Shown here piece by piece: positions 40,515 to 52,826 of a stretch of DNA of 64,000 nt (within the stretch, counting starts at the first letter, position 1; every line of letters begins with the position of its first letter). The notes under the pieces were generated by a model. The model was not told where the DNA came from. It worked only from the letters and a program-made list of their open reading frames with translations, and searched no databases. Origin of the DNA: Blastocatellia bacterium (GTDB lineage Bacteria; Acidobacteriota; Blastocatellia; UBA7656; JADIYM01). Position numbers and translations under genes: made by a program. The stretch covers positions 17,485-81,484 of the forward strand of contig JAJTWZ010000006.1 of the NCBI GenBank assembly GCA_021463145.1. The letters are read 5' to 3'.

Positions 40515-41444
40515 ATGCCGAAAAACTCACGCAATAGATCCAGGTCGAAACCAGCCCAGCCACGCAAGCGCGCCCTCGTCGACTACGAAGTCGAAATCAA
40601 GCTGCCGTGCGACGAACTCACGCGGCTGACTGAGTCGGGACTTGCACTCGAGCGGACGCGAGCAAAGCACTTCGAAGACAATTGGGTATTCAAGCTGCCG
40701 GACGGCAAGCTGAGAAAGGGGCAATACCTCCGCGTTCGGCATACAGGTAACGGCGATGGCGCCGGCCGCCGTCACGCCGGTGTGCTGACCTACAAAGGCA
40801 AGTCAAGACGGACGAGTGCCGACGCGAAGGGAAAGTACAAAGGAAAGAAGGTCAGAGAGGAAGTCGAGACGGCGGTCGGACAGCCGGCCAAGACCGTAAA
40901 GATCCTCAAGAGACTCGGCTTCCAGCGCAGTTTCCGCTATCAGAAATGGCGAACGTGCTTTGTCGTCAGGCTCGACGATGGCCGGACGATCCAGGCGATG
41001 TTCGACGAAACCCCGATCGGCAATTTCATCGAACTGGAAGGGGACGCCGCGGCTATCGAGACGGTTGCGCACCAGCTTGGTTACCCGTCGTCCGCGTTCA
41101 TCTCGGAGAGTTACGTCGAGATGCAGGTCGCGAGATGCGCCGGGAAGGGCGAACCACTGTCCGATATGGTGTTCCCCAAGCCGAAGCGGCAGAGAAAGGC
41201 CCACCTGCGGAAGTCGGCTCCGGACTCCGAGCCCACTACTGACTCGCCGAAACCGAAAGCCGGGTCGAAGTCCAAGGCCAAAGATGCAACTAAGGCCGCA
41301 TCCGGATTGCGGAAGCGCTCGCGGCGAGCGAAATCCGGCCGCCGGCATCACGAAGCCGACACGTCGCCCGTTCTTCCAGACGACGTGAAGTCCGCGGATT
41401 CCTCAGAGCCGGAAGCCATCTCGTCCGGGGCCGCTGCGGGCTGA
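40515..41444 (+). CDS. CYTH-domain (triphosphate tunnel metalloenzyme / CyaB-like) protein with Lys/Arg-rich disordered N- and C-terminal tails
   Basis: The ExExK motif YEVEIKL and a CYTH-like core of about 190 aa are present. About 100 residues of basic Ser/Lys-rich tail follow. Confidence 0.75.
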   Translation: MPKNSRNRSRSKPAQPRKRALVDYEVEIKLPCDELTRLTESGLALERTRAKHFEDNWVFKLPDGKLRKGQYLRVRHTGNGDGAGRRHAGVLTYKGKSRRTSADAKGKYKGKKVREEVETAVGQPAKTVKILKRLGFQRSFRYQKWRTCFVVRLDDGRTIQAMFDETPIGNFIELEGDAAAIETVAHQLGYPSSAFISESYVEMQVARCAGKGEPLSDMVFPKPKRQRKAHLRKSAPDSEPTTDSPKPKAGSKSKAKDATKAASGLRKRSRRAKSGRRHHEADTSPVLPDDVKSADSSEPEAISSGAAAG

Positions 41445-41486
41445 ATTCGGCTGAAATCCACCGGATTCGTCCGGTTGACACTCCCA

Positions 41487-41518
41487 GGACCGTGAGATAG
41501 CCTAGCGGTCCTTTTTGT
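41487..41518 (+). terminator. Rho-independent terminator after the CYTH gene
   Basis: The stem ggaccg…cggtcc is followed by tttttgt. Confidence 0.6.
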
Positions 41519-41592
41519 CCGGATGCCGCTCTAGCGATGCGCCGGACGTCGGTGCCCGGCATCGGCATTCATATCCCTTGGAGGACTCCGCA

Positions 41593-42600
41593 ATGGCAAT
41601 CAAGGTCGGCATCAATGGATTCGGCCGCATCGGCCGGAACATCCTCAGGACTGCACTCGGCAACAGGGAATTCGACTTCGTCGCCGTCAACGACATCACC
41701 GATACGAACACGTTGGCGCACCTGCTCAAGTACGACTCGATTCTCGGGAATCTCGATGCCGACATCTCGGCGTCCGAGGGCGGAATCACGGTCAATGGCG
41801 ACTCGTTCAAAGTGTTCTCCGAGCGTGACCCGTCGAAGATCGACTGGGAGTCGGTCGGTGCGGAAGTAGTGATCGAGTCTACCGGTCTTTTCACGAAGCG
41901 CGAGGACGCGGCAAAGCATCTTCGAGGACCGGTCAAGAAGGTGATCATCAGCGCCCCTGCGAAGGGCGAGGACATCACTATCGTCCTTGGCGTCAACGAG
42001 GAGTCCTACGACGCGGGCAGCCACCAGGTAATCTCGAATGCTTCCTGCACCACGAACTGCCTTGCTCCGGTGACCAAGGTGCTCCACGAGTCGTTCGGGA
42101 TCGTCAACGGTCAGATGACGACGATCCATTCGTACACGAACGACCAGAAGATCCTCGACCTGCCGCACAAGGACCTGAGGCGCGCACGGGCCGCTGCGGT
42201 CTCGATGATTCCAACTTCTACCGGCGCGGCCAAGGCCATTGGCCTCGTAATGCCAGCGTTGAAGGGCAAGATCGACGGCTACGCGATGCGGGTTCCGACG
42301 CCGAACGTCTCGGTCGTCGACTTCACCGCCACGCTTTCGAAGTCCGTCACGGATTCGGAGGTCAACGACGCCTTCAAGGCCGCTGCGGCTGGCCCGCTCA
42401 AGGGCATTCTTGCCGTCGAAGACGCGCCACTCGTTTCCATCGATTACCGCGCCAATTCGAACTCGTCGATCGTCGATTCGGCGTTCACGAAGGTCGTGGA
42501 CGGCAACCTGGTGAAGGTGCTGTCGTGGTACGACAACGAGTGGGGCTACAGCTGTCGCGTCCGGGATCTCATTTCGTACATCGCCGGAAAGGGACTGTAG
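41593..42600 (+). CDS. gap: Glyceraldehyde-3-phosphate dehydrogenase (type I)
   Basis: RBS ggagga. The motifs INGFGRIGR and [10 protein letters not shown] are present. Confidence 0.95.
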   Translation: MAIKVGINGFGRIGRNILRTALGNREFDFVAVNDITDTNTLAHLLKYDSILGNLDADISASEGGITVNGDSFKVFSERDPSKIDWESVGAEVVIESTGLFTKREDAAKHLRGPVKKVIISAPAKGEDITIVLGVNEESYDAGSHQVISNASCTTNCLAPVTKVLHESFGIVNGQMTTIHSYTNDQKILDLPHKDLRRARAAAVSMIPTSTGAAKAIGLVMPALKGKIDGYAMRVPTPNVSVVDFTATLSKSVTDSEVNDAFKAAAAGPLKGILAVEDAPLVSIDYRANSNSSIVDSAFTKVVDGNLVKVLSWYDNEWGYSCRVRDLISYIAGKGL

Positions 42601-42701
42601 GAACCGTCTCGTTCCCTCAACCTGTCTGATCGGGCGCGCCCTGGCTTCGGCCCGTGGTGCGCCCCGATCTTTCGCGATTCTCCTTCCTGAGGATTTCGAT
42701 C

Positions 42702-43892
42702 ATGAATGTGCTCTCGATTCGCGACCTCGACCTCGAGGGTAAGCGCGTGCTCATGCGCGTGGATTTCAACGTGCCGATTGCCGATGGCCAGGTCGCTGAC
42801 GACACGCGCATAGAAGCCGCGCTTCCGTCTATAAGGCTCGCGCTCGACGGCGGCGCGCGCCTGGTCCTCTGCTCGCACCTCGGGAGGCCAAAGGGAGAAC
42901 GTAACGAGAAGTATTCGCTGGCGCCCGTCGCGGTGCGGCTCGGTGTCCTGCTGGGCAGGGATGTAGCGTTTGCGCGCGACTGCGTGGGCGACGAAGTCGA
43001 AAGCGCCGCGGCATCGCTTTCGAACGGGGAAGTGCTCCTGTTAGAGAACCTCAGGTTTCACGCCGAGGAAGAGAAGAATGACCCAGCCTTTGCGTCCAGG
43101 CTCGCGGCGCTGGCCGACGTGTACGTCAACGACGCGTTTGGAACCGCGCACCGTGCTCACGCGTCGACGGAAGGCGTGACGAAGCACGTCGACGTGTCGG
43201 CGGCCGGACTGCTGATGGAAAAGGAGCTCGAGTACCTCGGGCGCGCGGTGACGAGTCCGGAGCGGCCGTTCGTGGTGGTTCTCGGCGGTGCGAAGGTCTC
43301 CGACAAGATTGAAGTAATCGACAACCTTCTCGGGAAGGCCGACACGATCCTGATCGGCGGGGCCATGGCCTACACGTTTCTGAAGTCGCAGGGGAAGAAC
43401 GTCGGCAAGTCGCTCGTCGAGGACGAAAAACTCGATGTCGCGCGTGCTGTGGAGCGCGATGCGGCCGCGGCTGGCGTTGGGCTGTTCCTGCCATCCGACC
43501 ACGTCTGTGTCAGCCGCGCGGACGCCAGTCTGCCGCCTCGGACCCTGGGTGTCGAAGAGACAGGCGATGACGACGCCGGACTCGACATCGGGCCGGGCAC
43601 GATTGCGCGTTACTCCGGTGTCGTAGCGAACGCCCGTACCGTTCTCTGGAACGGGCCGATGGGTATGTTCGAGACGAAACCCTTCGACGAAGGAACCGTG
43701 GCAATCGCACAGGCAGTCGCGGCCTCCGGAGCGACGTCGATAGTTGGCGGAGGAGATTCAGTCGCTGCGATCGGTCAGGCGGGGCTCACGGATCGAATCA
43801 CGCACATCTCGACAGGCGGCGGCGCGTCTCTGGAATTCCTGTCTGGCCGCGAACTGCCGGGAGTCGCGGCCCTGGGCCGGAAAAGCGCCTGA
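42702..43892 (+). CDS. pgk: Phosphoglycerate kinase
   Basis: PGK family along its full length (RVDFNVP…, …GGGASLEFL). Confidence 0.95.
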   Translation: MNVLSIRDLDLEGKRVLMRVDFNVPIADGQVADDTRIEAALPSIRLALDGGARLVLCSHLGRPKGERNEKYSLAPVAVRLGVLLGRDVAFARDCVGDEVESAAASLSNGEVLLLENLRFHAEEEKNDPAFASRLAALADVYVNDAFGTAHRAHASTEGVTKHVDVSAAGLLMEKELEYLGRAVTSPERPFVVVLGGAKVSDKIEVIDNLLGKADTILIGGAMAYTFLKSQGKNVGKSLVEDEKLDVARAVERDAAAAGVGLFLPSDHVCVSRADASLPPRTLGVEETGDDDAGLDIGPGTIARYSGVVANARTVLWNGPMGMFETKPFDEGTVAIAQAVAASGATSIVGGGDSVAAIGQAGLTDRITHISTGGGASLEFLSGRELPGVAALGRKSA

Positions 43893-43904
43893 GGGAGGTT
43901 CTGC

Positions 43905-44663
43905 ATGCGACGACCAGTCATTGCCGGAAACTGGAAAATGTTCAAAACGGTCGACGAAGCTGTCGAGACGGTTGCCTCGCTCGCGACATTGGTCGACGGA
44001 GTTTCGGATCGCGAGGTGATTGTCGCGCCGACATTCGTGGGTCTGGCGGCCGTAGCACGCGCCGCTCGGGGGACAAACGTGTCCATCGCGGCGCAGGACT
44101 GCGCGCCGGAACCCGGCCAGGGGGCGTTTACGGGTGAGGTTTCGGCGGAGATGCTCGCGGATGCCGGCGCCACTCACGTCATCGTTGGCCACTCGGAACG
44201 ACGGCAGTTCTTCGGTGAGACGGATGACACGGTTAACGCGAAGGCGAAAGCGGCCCTGGGAGCGGGTTTGACACCGATCGTCTGTGTTGGCGAGCAACTG
44301 TCGGACCGGGATGCCGGAAGGGCGGAAGTGGTTGTGGAAGGCCAGATTTGTGGATCTTTATCGGGGTTGACAGCCGAAGAGGTCGTCCGTACTATCGTCG
44401 CTTACGAACCCGTCTGGGCTATCGGCACGGGCCGAAGCGCAACGCCGGAGATAGCGCAGCAGATGCACCGGCTGATTCGCGAGACGATCGCGAAACTAGT
44501 CGGGGCCGATGTTTCAGAAGCGATCCGGATACTGTACGGCGGGAGCGTCAAGGCCGAGAACATCTCGGCACTGATGAAGGAGCCGGACATCGACGGGGGA
44601 CTCGTCGGCGGCGCCAGTCTCGACGCCGAAAGCTTCGCCCGGATCGTCCGGTACGGATATTAA
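43905..44663 (+). CDS. tpiA: Triosephosphate isomerase
   Basis: The motifs AGNWKM, VGHSERR and [11 protein letters not shown] are present. Confidence 0.95.
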   Translation: MRRPVIAGNWKMFKTVDEAVETVASLATLVDGVSDREVIVAPTFVGLAAVARAARGTNVSIAAQDCAPEPGQGAFTGEVSAEMLADAGATHVIVGHSERRQFFGETDDTVNAKAKAALGAGLTPIVCVGEQLSDRDAGRAEVVVEGQICGSLSGLTAEEVVRTIVAYEPVWAIGTGRSATPEIAQQMHRLIRETIAKLVGADVSEAIRILYGGSVKAENISALMKEPDIDGGLVGGASLDAESFARIVRYGY

Positions 44664-44684
44664 TAAAGGATACGGCAGGTCGCA

Positions 44685-45161
44685 GTGCTCAGTTACATTC
44701 TCTACACGCTCTTTATCATCGCGTGCTTCGTGCTCATCCTCGTCGTGCTGTTGCAGCCCGGCAAGGGAGACGTTGCCTCGGCTCTAGGCGGTGGCGTCAG
44801 CGGCGCGGCGTTTGGCCCGCGAGGCACGACCACGCTTCTGGCCAAGATCACGATCGGCGCGGCGATCACGTTCATGGGGATCGGGTTCATGCTTTCGGTG
44901 CCTGGCCTCGTGACCGATCGTTCGGTGACCGCTGGCGTATCGACGCCTGTCGTCCCGGCCGATCAGCCCGCTGATGGCAGCACGCCTGCGCCGGAGGGCT
45001 CGACGCCGGCTGGCCAGATTCAGCTCGATCCCAATGGGCAGGTTGTTACCGAGCAGCCGGCTGGAACGCCGGAGCCGGTTCCTGCGGCCGCCGATTCCAA
45101 ACCGGCCGACGAAAAGCCGGCGGAATCTAAGCCCGCCGCGCCGGCCGAAGCGCCCAAGTAG
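44685..45161 (+). CDS. secG: Preprotein translocase subunit SecG with a Pro/Ala/Glu-rich C-terminal extension
   Basis: GTG start. The LLQPGKG motif and two TM helices are present, followed by a tail of about 80 aa (PAPEGSTPAGQ… KPADEKPAESKPAAPAEAPK). Confidence 0.85.
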   Translation: MLSYILYTLFIIACFVLILVVLLQPGKGDVASALGGGVSGAAFGPRGTTTLLAKITIGAAITFMGIGFMLSVPGLVTDRSVTAGVSTPVVPADQPADGSTPAPEGSTPAGQIQLDPNGQVVTEQPAGTPEPVPAAADSKPADEKPAESKPAAPAEAPK

Positions 45162-45175
45162 TTCTTTTCAAGTTT

Positions 45176-45260
<85 letters not shown>

Positions 45261-45270
45261 GTTGGCGAAA

Positions 45271-45310
45271 GCGGCGCCAGGAGTCTTCTCCTGGCGCCGC
45301 TTTCGATTTT
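45271..45310. terminator. Rho-independent terminator after tRNA-Leu (12-bp stem plus tttcgatttt). It may also terminate the convergent lysR gene.
   Basis: The stem gcggcgccagga/tcctggcgccgc has a 6-nt loop and is followed by a T-rich tract. Confidence 0.7.
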
Positions 45311-45327
45311 CCGGAGACCTCCCCGGT

Positions 45328-46245
45328 TCAGTCCGCGACCGCCGTTGCGGCGCTGGTGCCGATCGACGATTTGAACTGTCGGCAGAAATCCGTGAAGGTC
45401 CGCACCGACGACGTGTGCTTCTTCAGATAGATCATGTTGACGTCCCGGACCAGCCGGTGCGAACCAAGCGTCAGTACCCGAAGCCTGCCAGCGGAAACTT
45501 CACGGGCGACTGCCCACCTGGGCACGAGCGCGATGCCCAGGCCGATCTCGATCAGGCTCTTGACCATCTGAGGATCGTTGGTCTCGGAGACGATCCGTGG
45601 CGAGACACCGATCTCGGTGAACAGGTTGTCCATCGTCCGTCTGTGGCTCATTCCGCGCTCGAACGCCACCATCGGCTGGCCTTCCAACTCGAGCGGATCG
45701 ATCGACGTGCGGTCCGACCACGGATGCTCCGGTCCCACGACGAGCACGACTTCGTCAGTAGCAACGGCCTCGACGACCAGTGAACTGTGCGACGCGGGAA
45801 CGGCAATGAATCCCACGTCGATTTCGCCCGACATTACCTGACGTATCGTTTCCTCGGTCGTCGTCGTCGATCGAACGAGTAGCTGAATGTCCGGGTGAGT
45901 GGCGATGAACCTCTCGTAGAGGGGCGCGAATAGGTAGGCGGTCGCCATGGATGCGGCTCCGGCACGCAGCCGGCCCCTGGCCGGCCGGCCGGCTACCTTG
46001 AAGGACGCCGCGATCTCGTCGAGAGCATCGAGGATGATGCGCGCCCGGGGAAGCAGATGCTCGCCCGCATCGGTCAAGCGAACCCCTCGCCCCCCACGCA
46101 CGAACAGCGCTTCCCCCAGATCCTCCTCGAGCGCCTTGATCTGCTGGCTGACTGTCGACTGCGTCAGGCTTACTCTTTCCGCCGCCGCCGTGAAACTCCC
46201 TGTTTCGGCGATTGCGACGAACGCCTCGAATTGCCGAATCTCCAT
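45328..46245 (-). CDS. LysR-family transcriptional regulator
   Basis: An N-terminal HTH (MEIRQFEAFVAIAETGSFTAAAERVSLTQSTVSQQIKALEEDLG) is followed by a C-terminal substrate-binding domain. Confidence 0.9.
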   Translation of the reverse strand: MEIRQFEAFVAIAETGSFTAAAERVSLTQSTVSQQIKALEEDLGEALFVRGGRGVRLTDAGEHLLPRARIILDALDEIAASFKVAGRPARGRLRAGAASMATAYLFAPLYERFIATHPDIQLLVRSTTTTEETIRQVMSGEIDVGFIAVPASHSSLVVEAVATDEVVLVVGPEHPWSDRTSIDPLELEGQPMVAFERGMSHRRTMDNLFTEIGVSPRIVSETNDPQMVKSLIEIGLGIALVPRWAVAREVSAGRLRVLTLGSHRLVRDVNMIYLKKHTSSVRTFTDFCRQFKSSIGTSAATAVAD

Positions 46246-46493
46246 AGGAATTGCCTGTTGGTATTCGAAAAAACGATTGTGCCTATTTTAACAAGTAATT
46301 TGACAAATAATTGGCTCGGGATTAGTCTCCTCGTTCCGGCCTGAGATATCGCTGCTGGCGGTTCGCCGGAGATCTTTGACAGAAAAGTTGCGGACCCCAA
46401 AATCCGCAGCCAATGCCCGGACGGCGGAACCCAGCCTTTCTTACCCTACCGAGAACCCAGTGTAGTGACTCCGCTTCCGGGCTTTTCTGTTCT

Positions 46494-46730
46494 TCATCCA
46501 GCCGATCCGGCCTTGTCGCCCTCCAGCAGAACCCATTTCGAGTCCCACGAATTGATGTGAGCGACACCCCACCTGGATCCGCACGCCGGACATTCCCGGA
46601 CGTATTTCTTAGGAAAGTGCGGATTCGAATCACCGAGACGCTTTTCCGGCGTCAGGTGCTTGAGAAGCGCATCCGGCGGCAGCCCGTCCTGACGCTGCGG
46701 CAATTGCCTACACTTTTCGCACAACTCCAT
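46494..46730 (-). CDS. Hypothetical small zinc-ribbon protein (78 aa, CxxC…CxxC)
   Basis: The ATG is preceded by GGAGGT with an 8-nt spacer, and the codon usage is plausible. The protein carries MELCEKC…ECPACG. No homology is asserted. Confidence 0.35.
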   Translation of the reverse strand: MELCEKCRQLPQRQDGLPPDALLKHLTPEKRLGDSNPHFPKKYVRECPACGSRWGVAHINSWDSKWVLLEGDKAGSAG

Positions 46731-46857
46731 ACCTGGTGACCTCCATCTGTGAATCCCGGCGAGTCTACTCCCGGGCAGCCGGCACAACCAAGCCAGTGTC
46801 GAAATCCATACTTCGATCCCTGAATCTTGCGATTGTCTTGCATTGCGGACAGGCCGG

Positions 46858-46913
46858 TTGACAAGGCCGATGCGAAGTCACTAGTATTAGCACTCGCTGC
46901 AGGAGAGTGCTAA
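46858..46913 (+). promoter_or_regulatory. groESL promoter (TTGACA … TAGTAT) overlapped by a perfect CIRCE operator TTAGCACTC-N9-GAGTGCTAA (HrcA site, 46887-46913)
   Basis: The CIRCE inverted repeat matches the consensus exactly. It lies about 80 nt upstream of the groES ATG. Confidence 0.85.
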
Positions 46914-46993
46914 TTTGGCGACTCTTGCAACTTATTGTTCGACAGGCTTTTAACTCAATTGCCGAAAGGCAGACAGCAGGGAGGGATGGAAAG

Positions 46994-48965
<1,972 letters not shown>

Positions 48966-48994
48966 ACCGCATCGAACCTGAAGAGGTTACCTTC

Positions 48995-49040
48995 GGGCAG
49001 CGAACGGCCAGCGTGCCATTCGCTGCCCGGTTTCTTTTCG
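48995..49040 (+). terminator. Rho-independent terminator after groEL
   Basis: The stem gggcagcgaa/ttcgctgccc is followed by ggtttcttttcg. Confidence 0.7.
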
Positions 49041-49111
49041 CGGCGGTGAACATCGCCGGTGGACACTTCTACGGTTGCTGCTGCTATCATCGATCCCGTG
49101 GAGATCACGCC

Positions 49112-50758
49112 ATGAAAGTCGTCGATCGCGCATTCCTGGGGTTCGGAGTCGCATCGCTGGTCACGGCGGTACTCTTCGGGGGCTTCTGGGAGCGCCAGGC
49201 GCGCGCGACGTCCTCGCCGGGTGCGTTGTCGGACGACGCTGGCGTTCAGGAGGCGTATTCCGAGGCCCTCGACGTCGTCAAAGCGAACTATGCTGGCGCA
49301 CCTGAGATCGAGACGGTCAACAAGTACGCGATTCTCGGTATGCTGCGGGTGCTCGACCCGCATTCGTCATTTCTCGACAGCCGTGAATTCAGCGAACTGC
49401 GCAACGAGCAGCAGAGCCAGTTGATCGGCATCGGCGTCACCATAAACCCACGCAACGGCCGCGTCTACATACTGTCGGCCGTGCCGGGAACGCCGGCCGA
49501 AAAGGCCGGACTGCGATACGGGGATGCAATCGTGGCGGTCGACGGCAAGTCGACCGAAGATCTTTCATACGGACAGGTCGTCGCTGCCGTCCGTGGAGAG
49601 CGCGGCAAGTCGGTCGACATTTCGGTCGAACGAGTGGGCGTACCGGACCCGGTTACGGTCACGATCGTCCGCCAGTCGGTGCCGCTACCGTCGATTCGCA
49701 ACCATTTCATGATAGGTCCATCGGTTGGCTACGTCGGTCTGACGGCCGGATTCTCGAGCACGACGGATTCGGAGTTGGGCCAGGCGATCCTGGACCTGCA
49801 GTCGCAGGGGATGCAGCAGCTCGTTCTCGACCTGCGGCGAAATCCGGGCGGACTGCTCGACGAAGCCATAAAGGTAGCTCAGCGCTTTCTGCCGGAGGGT
49901 GAACGGATTCTTGTCGTGCGCGGCCGTGAAGGTGGATCGCGTGAAGAGCGCATTTACACCTCGAAGAACGGGTCGCCAGAGACGATGCCGCTCGTAGTGC
50001 TAATCGATGACGGAACGGCCTCGGCTTCAGAAGTCGTCACTGGCGCGTTGCAGGACCACGATCGTGCGCTCGTCGTCGGACAGACCAGTTTCGGAAAAGG
50101 ACTCGTCCAGACGGTATTCGACCTGAATTACGAGACGGGTCTCACGTTGACGACGGCCAAGTACTACACGCCAACCGGGCGATCCATTCAGAGGGACTAC
50201 TCCGGCACGTCGCTTTACGACTATTTCCTTCATCGGACGAAGACCTTGCCGGACACCGATGCAACGGTTGGGGAGCCGGTGCTCACGGACCTCGGCCGGC
50301 AGGTTTTTGGCGGTGGCGGCATCCGTCCCGACATTCGGGTGGACGAACCGGCCGGGACGGCGCTTCGGGGCCGGTTGTTTGGGTCGACGTTCGAGTTCGC
50401 CAGGTATCTGGTCGCCGGACAGTTCCCGAACCTACGACAGTTTCGCGTCGAGTCGGTGACCTTCAACCACGTTTTCAAGGGCGACGAGTACCGGATTACG
50501 GATGACGTGATCGCGGCATACCGCCAGTTTCTTTCGACCCGCCAGAAGGATTTCCCTGTAACGGATGCGCAAGTCACGGCGAACCTCGAGTACGTCCGCA
50601 ACCGGATTCGCGAGGAGGTGGTGACGGCCGCGTACGGAACCGATGTTGGCGGGCAACTCAACATTCTCAACGACGTGGTTGCGCAGAGGGCTGTCGAAGT
50701 AATGAGCCAGGCGAGCGAAATGGCGGAGAACGCGCGCGCACTCAGGGATCGGCAGTAG
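49112..50758 (+). CDS. S41-family carboxyl-terminal processing peptidase (Ctp-like) with an N-terminal TM anchor and a PDZ domain
   Basis: A PDZ block (GIGVTINPRNGRVYILSAVPGTPAEKAGLRYGDAIVAVDG) is present. The S41 core includes LVLDLRRNPGG. Confidence 0.85.
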   Translation: MKVVDRAFLGFGVASLVTAVLFGGFWERQARATSSPGALSDDAGVQEAYSEALDVVKANYAGAPEIETVNKYAILGMLRVLDPHSSFLDSREFSELRNEQQSQLIGIGVTINPRNGRVYILSAVPGTPAEKAGLRYGDAIVAVDGKSTEDLSYGQVVAAVRGERGKSVDISVERVGVPDPVTVTIVRQSVPLPSIRNHFMIGPSVGYVGLTAGFSSTTDSELGQAILDLQSQGMQQLVLDLRRNPGGLLDEAIKVAQRFLPEGERILVVRGREGGSREERIYTSKNGSPETMPLVVLIDDGTASASEVVTGALQDHDRALVVGQTSFGKGLVQTVFDLNYETGLTLTTAKYYTPTGRSIQRDYSGTSLYDYFLHRTKTLPDTDATVGEPVLTDLGRQVFGGGGIRPDIRVDEPAGTALRGRLFGSTFEFARYLVAGQFPNLRQFRVESVTFNHVFKGDEYRITDDVIAAYRQFLSTRQKDFPVTDAQVTANLEYVRNRIREEVVTAAYGTDVGGQLNILNDVVAQRAVEVMSQASEMAENARALRDRQ

Positions 50759-50824
50759 CGGGTAGTCGTTTCGCGCCGGCCGCCTGGCGGTCGCCCGGTC
50801 ATTCTCGCGATGAGCACGGTGGAA

Positions 50825-50960
50825 GCTGGTTCCGATCAAAGATCGGTGCGACCGCTCCGCGGTTGGGATGGTGGCGGGCGAGTTCCGGGGGTGACGGCGG
50901 AGCGCTTCGCTCACCGTCGTGCCCCCCGGCTATCGTATGTGACCGCTTCGCGGTCCAGTC
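50825..50960. repeat. Palindromic structured repeat family, copy C (reverse-complement terminal motif plus hairpin module)
   Basis: 50841-50955 aligns to 38400-38512 and to 1055-1120. It contains gcgaccgctccgcgg and gaccgcttcgcggtc palindromes. Confidence 0.8.
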
Positions 50961-51016
50961 GAGTCTGGCCCGCCAGCGGCTGAGCGGTCGATCCGTTGCC
51001 GGCGCGCCTTGCCGGT

Positions 51017-51334
51017 CTATCGTTGCCGGTCGAGCCGTCGACCCGATTCCTCATCGCCGGGCGAGACGTCCGCGTCCGGATCGTCGATGACCGAGACGAC
51101 CTCGTACAACTCCGCCGCCTGCGCTTTGGAAGGCGGCCGATCAGCCACGCCTAGCACGCGGACCGTCACGATCCGTCCCCGCTGCCGGATCTTCAGCGTG
51201 TCGCCAGCCGCAACTTCACGTCCCGGCTTTCCGCGCGAGCCGTTGACGGTCACGGCGCCCGCGTCGCACATCGCCTGGGCCACCGGACGCCTGACCACAA
51301 GCCGGCTGTGCTTCAGAAACAGGTCGAGTCGCAT
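51017..51334 (-). CDS. S4-domain RNA-binding protein (Hsp15/YlmH-like)
   Basis: An S4 domain MRLDLFLKHSRLVVRRPVAQAMCDAGAVTVNG is present. GGAGGG lies 9 nt upstream of the chosen ATG 51334; the listed ORF extends to 51511. Confidence 0.7.
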   Translation of the reverse strand: MRLDLFLKHSRLVVRRPVAQAMCDAGAVTVNGSRGKPGREVAAGDTLKIRQRGRIVTVRVLGVADRPPSKAQAAELYEVVSVIDDPDADVSPGDEESGRRLDRQR

Positions 51335-51554
51335 TCGTAGCACCCTCCGGAACCGAGTCACGAACATCCCGGCGTCATCATGTTGCCTCGTCAAGAGCGT
51401 CGCACGCGCGAAATCGCGCGAACCCCCGACGTGAGCCGCTAGTACCCTAACCGGTCTACACAATCCCTTCGAGGGGCGGCAACCGGCAATCGATCCGGGC
51501 CAACGGGCCAAGCGCTACTTCTCGGCCCGGATCGAATGCGAAAAGCCGTACAGG

Positions 51555-52601
51555 CTATGGCTTCGCTTCGGCGCCCGATGACGGCGCCGTCGTCGCCACA
51601 GCCGTCTTGTAAGCGTCGGAGATCTTGACGTACGCCTCGTCGCGCAGTTTCTGAATGTACTTGCGTTCCGCTTCCTGGCTTCGCGTGTAGGTCAGCGCCA
51701 GGGCCACGTCGTTCTCGACCTCTTCGTACTTCTTCGGCGCTGCGTCGCGCCGTTCGTCGACGCGCAGAACAATCACGCCATCGGCGACCCGAATGGGATC
51801 CGTCAGTTCGCCAGTCCGAAGATTCTTTATGGCAGCCGAGAGCGGAGCAGCCACCTCGTCGACCGACGCGAACGAGCCGATCGATCCGCCGTTCGCGTAT
51901 GACGGACGATTCGCATCCCCGTTCTTCTTGACCAGGTCGATGAACGAAGATCCGGCGCGGGCCTGCGACACGAGTTCCCGCGCCTTGGTCTCGATTTCGG
52001 AGAACGATCGGCCCTCGACCGCAAGGAACAGTTCCGAGAGCTTCAGTTCGCCCGGAAGCATGAATTTGTCCGCGTTCTTGTCGTAATACTCGTGCTTCTC
52101 TTTGTCGGTCAGACCGCGATAGACAGCGCCAAGCACCTCCTGATTCATCACCGCATCGCGCATGAGACGCTCGCGGAGCCGATTCCGCGTCTCGGCCGGA
52201 TCCACGCCGCTCCGGCGCATCGCATCCTCGAACTCGGTAATCGTCATATTCTCCCGACGTGCCGCTTCGGTCATCTGCCGATTGATGTTCGCTTCGACGT
52301 CTATGCCAAGGTCCTGGCCCTTCTGGACGAGCAGGATGTTTTCGATCATGAGATCGAGCAGTCGCGGCTTCAGATCCTTCAGAATTCGCTCGGCTTCTTC
52401 CGGTGAACGATTCTGACGGGCGTCGGTCTCGGTCTGCTGCAGAACGTCGAGGTACTGTGACCGGGTAATGATCTCGTTGTTCACGCGAGCGACGACTTCC
52501 TCGACCAGCCGCTGCTCCTGGGCAAACGCGGTTCCAACTGACACCAGCAGCGCGGTCATCGCGGCCATAGCGGCTCGCGCCGCCGAAGCTCGGTACATCA
52601 T
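51555..52601 (-). CDS. SurA-like periplasmic peptidyl-prolyl cis-trans isomerase (SurA N-domain plus a single parvulin/PpiC domain)
   Basis: It has a signal peptide, a SurA_N-like helical region, and a parvulin block GELKLSELFLAVEGRS…GGSIGSFASVDEVAAPLSAAIKNLRTGELTDPIRVADGVIVLRVDERRD. Confidence 0.8.
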   Translation of the reverse strand: MMYRASAARAAMAAMTALLVSVGTAFAQEQRLVEEVVARVNNEIITRSQYLDVLQQTETDARQNRSPEEAERILKDLKPRLLDLMIENILLVQKGQDLGIDVEANINRQMTEAARRENMTITEFEDAMRRSGVDPAETRNRLRERLMRDAVMNQEVLGAVYRGLTDKEKHEYYDKNADKFMLPGELKLSELFLAVEGRSFSEIETKARELVSQARAGSSFIDLVKKNGDANRPSYANGGSIGSFASVDEVAAPLSAAIKNLRTGELTDPIRVADGVIVLRVDERRDAAPKKYEEVENDVALALTYTRSQEAERKYIQKLRDEAYVKISDAYKTAVATTAPSSGAEAKP

Positions 52602-52826
52602 TCGATCAACTCCTTCCTGTTACTTCCCGATTGCAGTGCGCCTGCTGCCGTGGAACGACCTCGAGCCAGCCCGATTCCGTACATAGGTTCCTGCATCGGA
52701 TCCCGAATCGGACGATTCCCAAGCCGGATATGCGCACGCCGTCGCCGAGCTGCCGACCGCCAGGACCGGAACCAACAAGAGAAGACTTTGCGCTCGCATG
52801 ACCACTGAAGCCAGCCAGCCGAGAGT

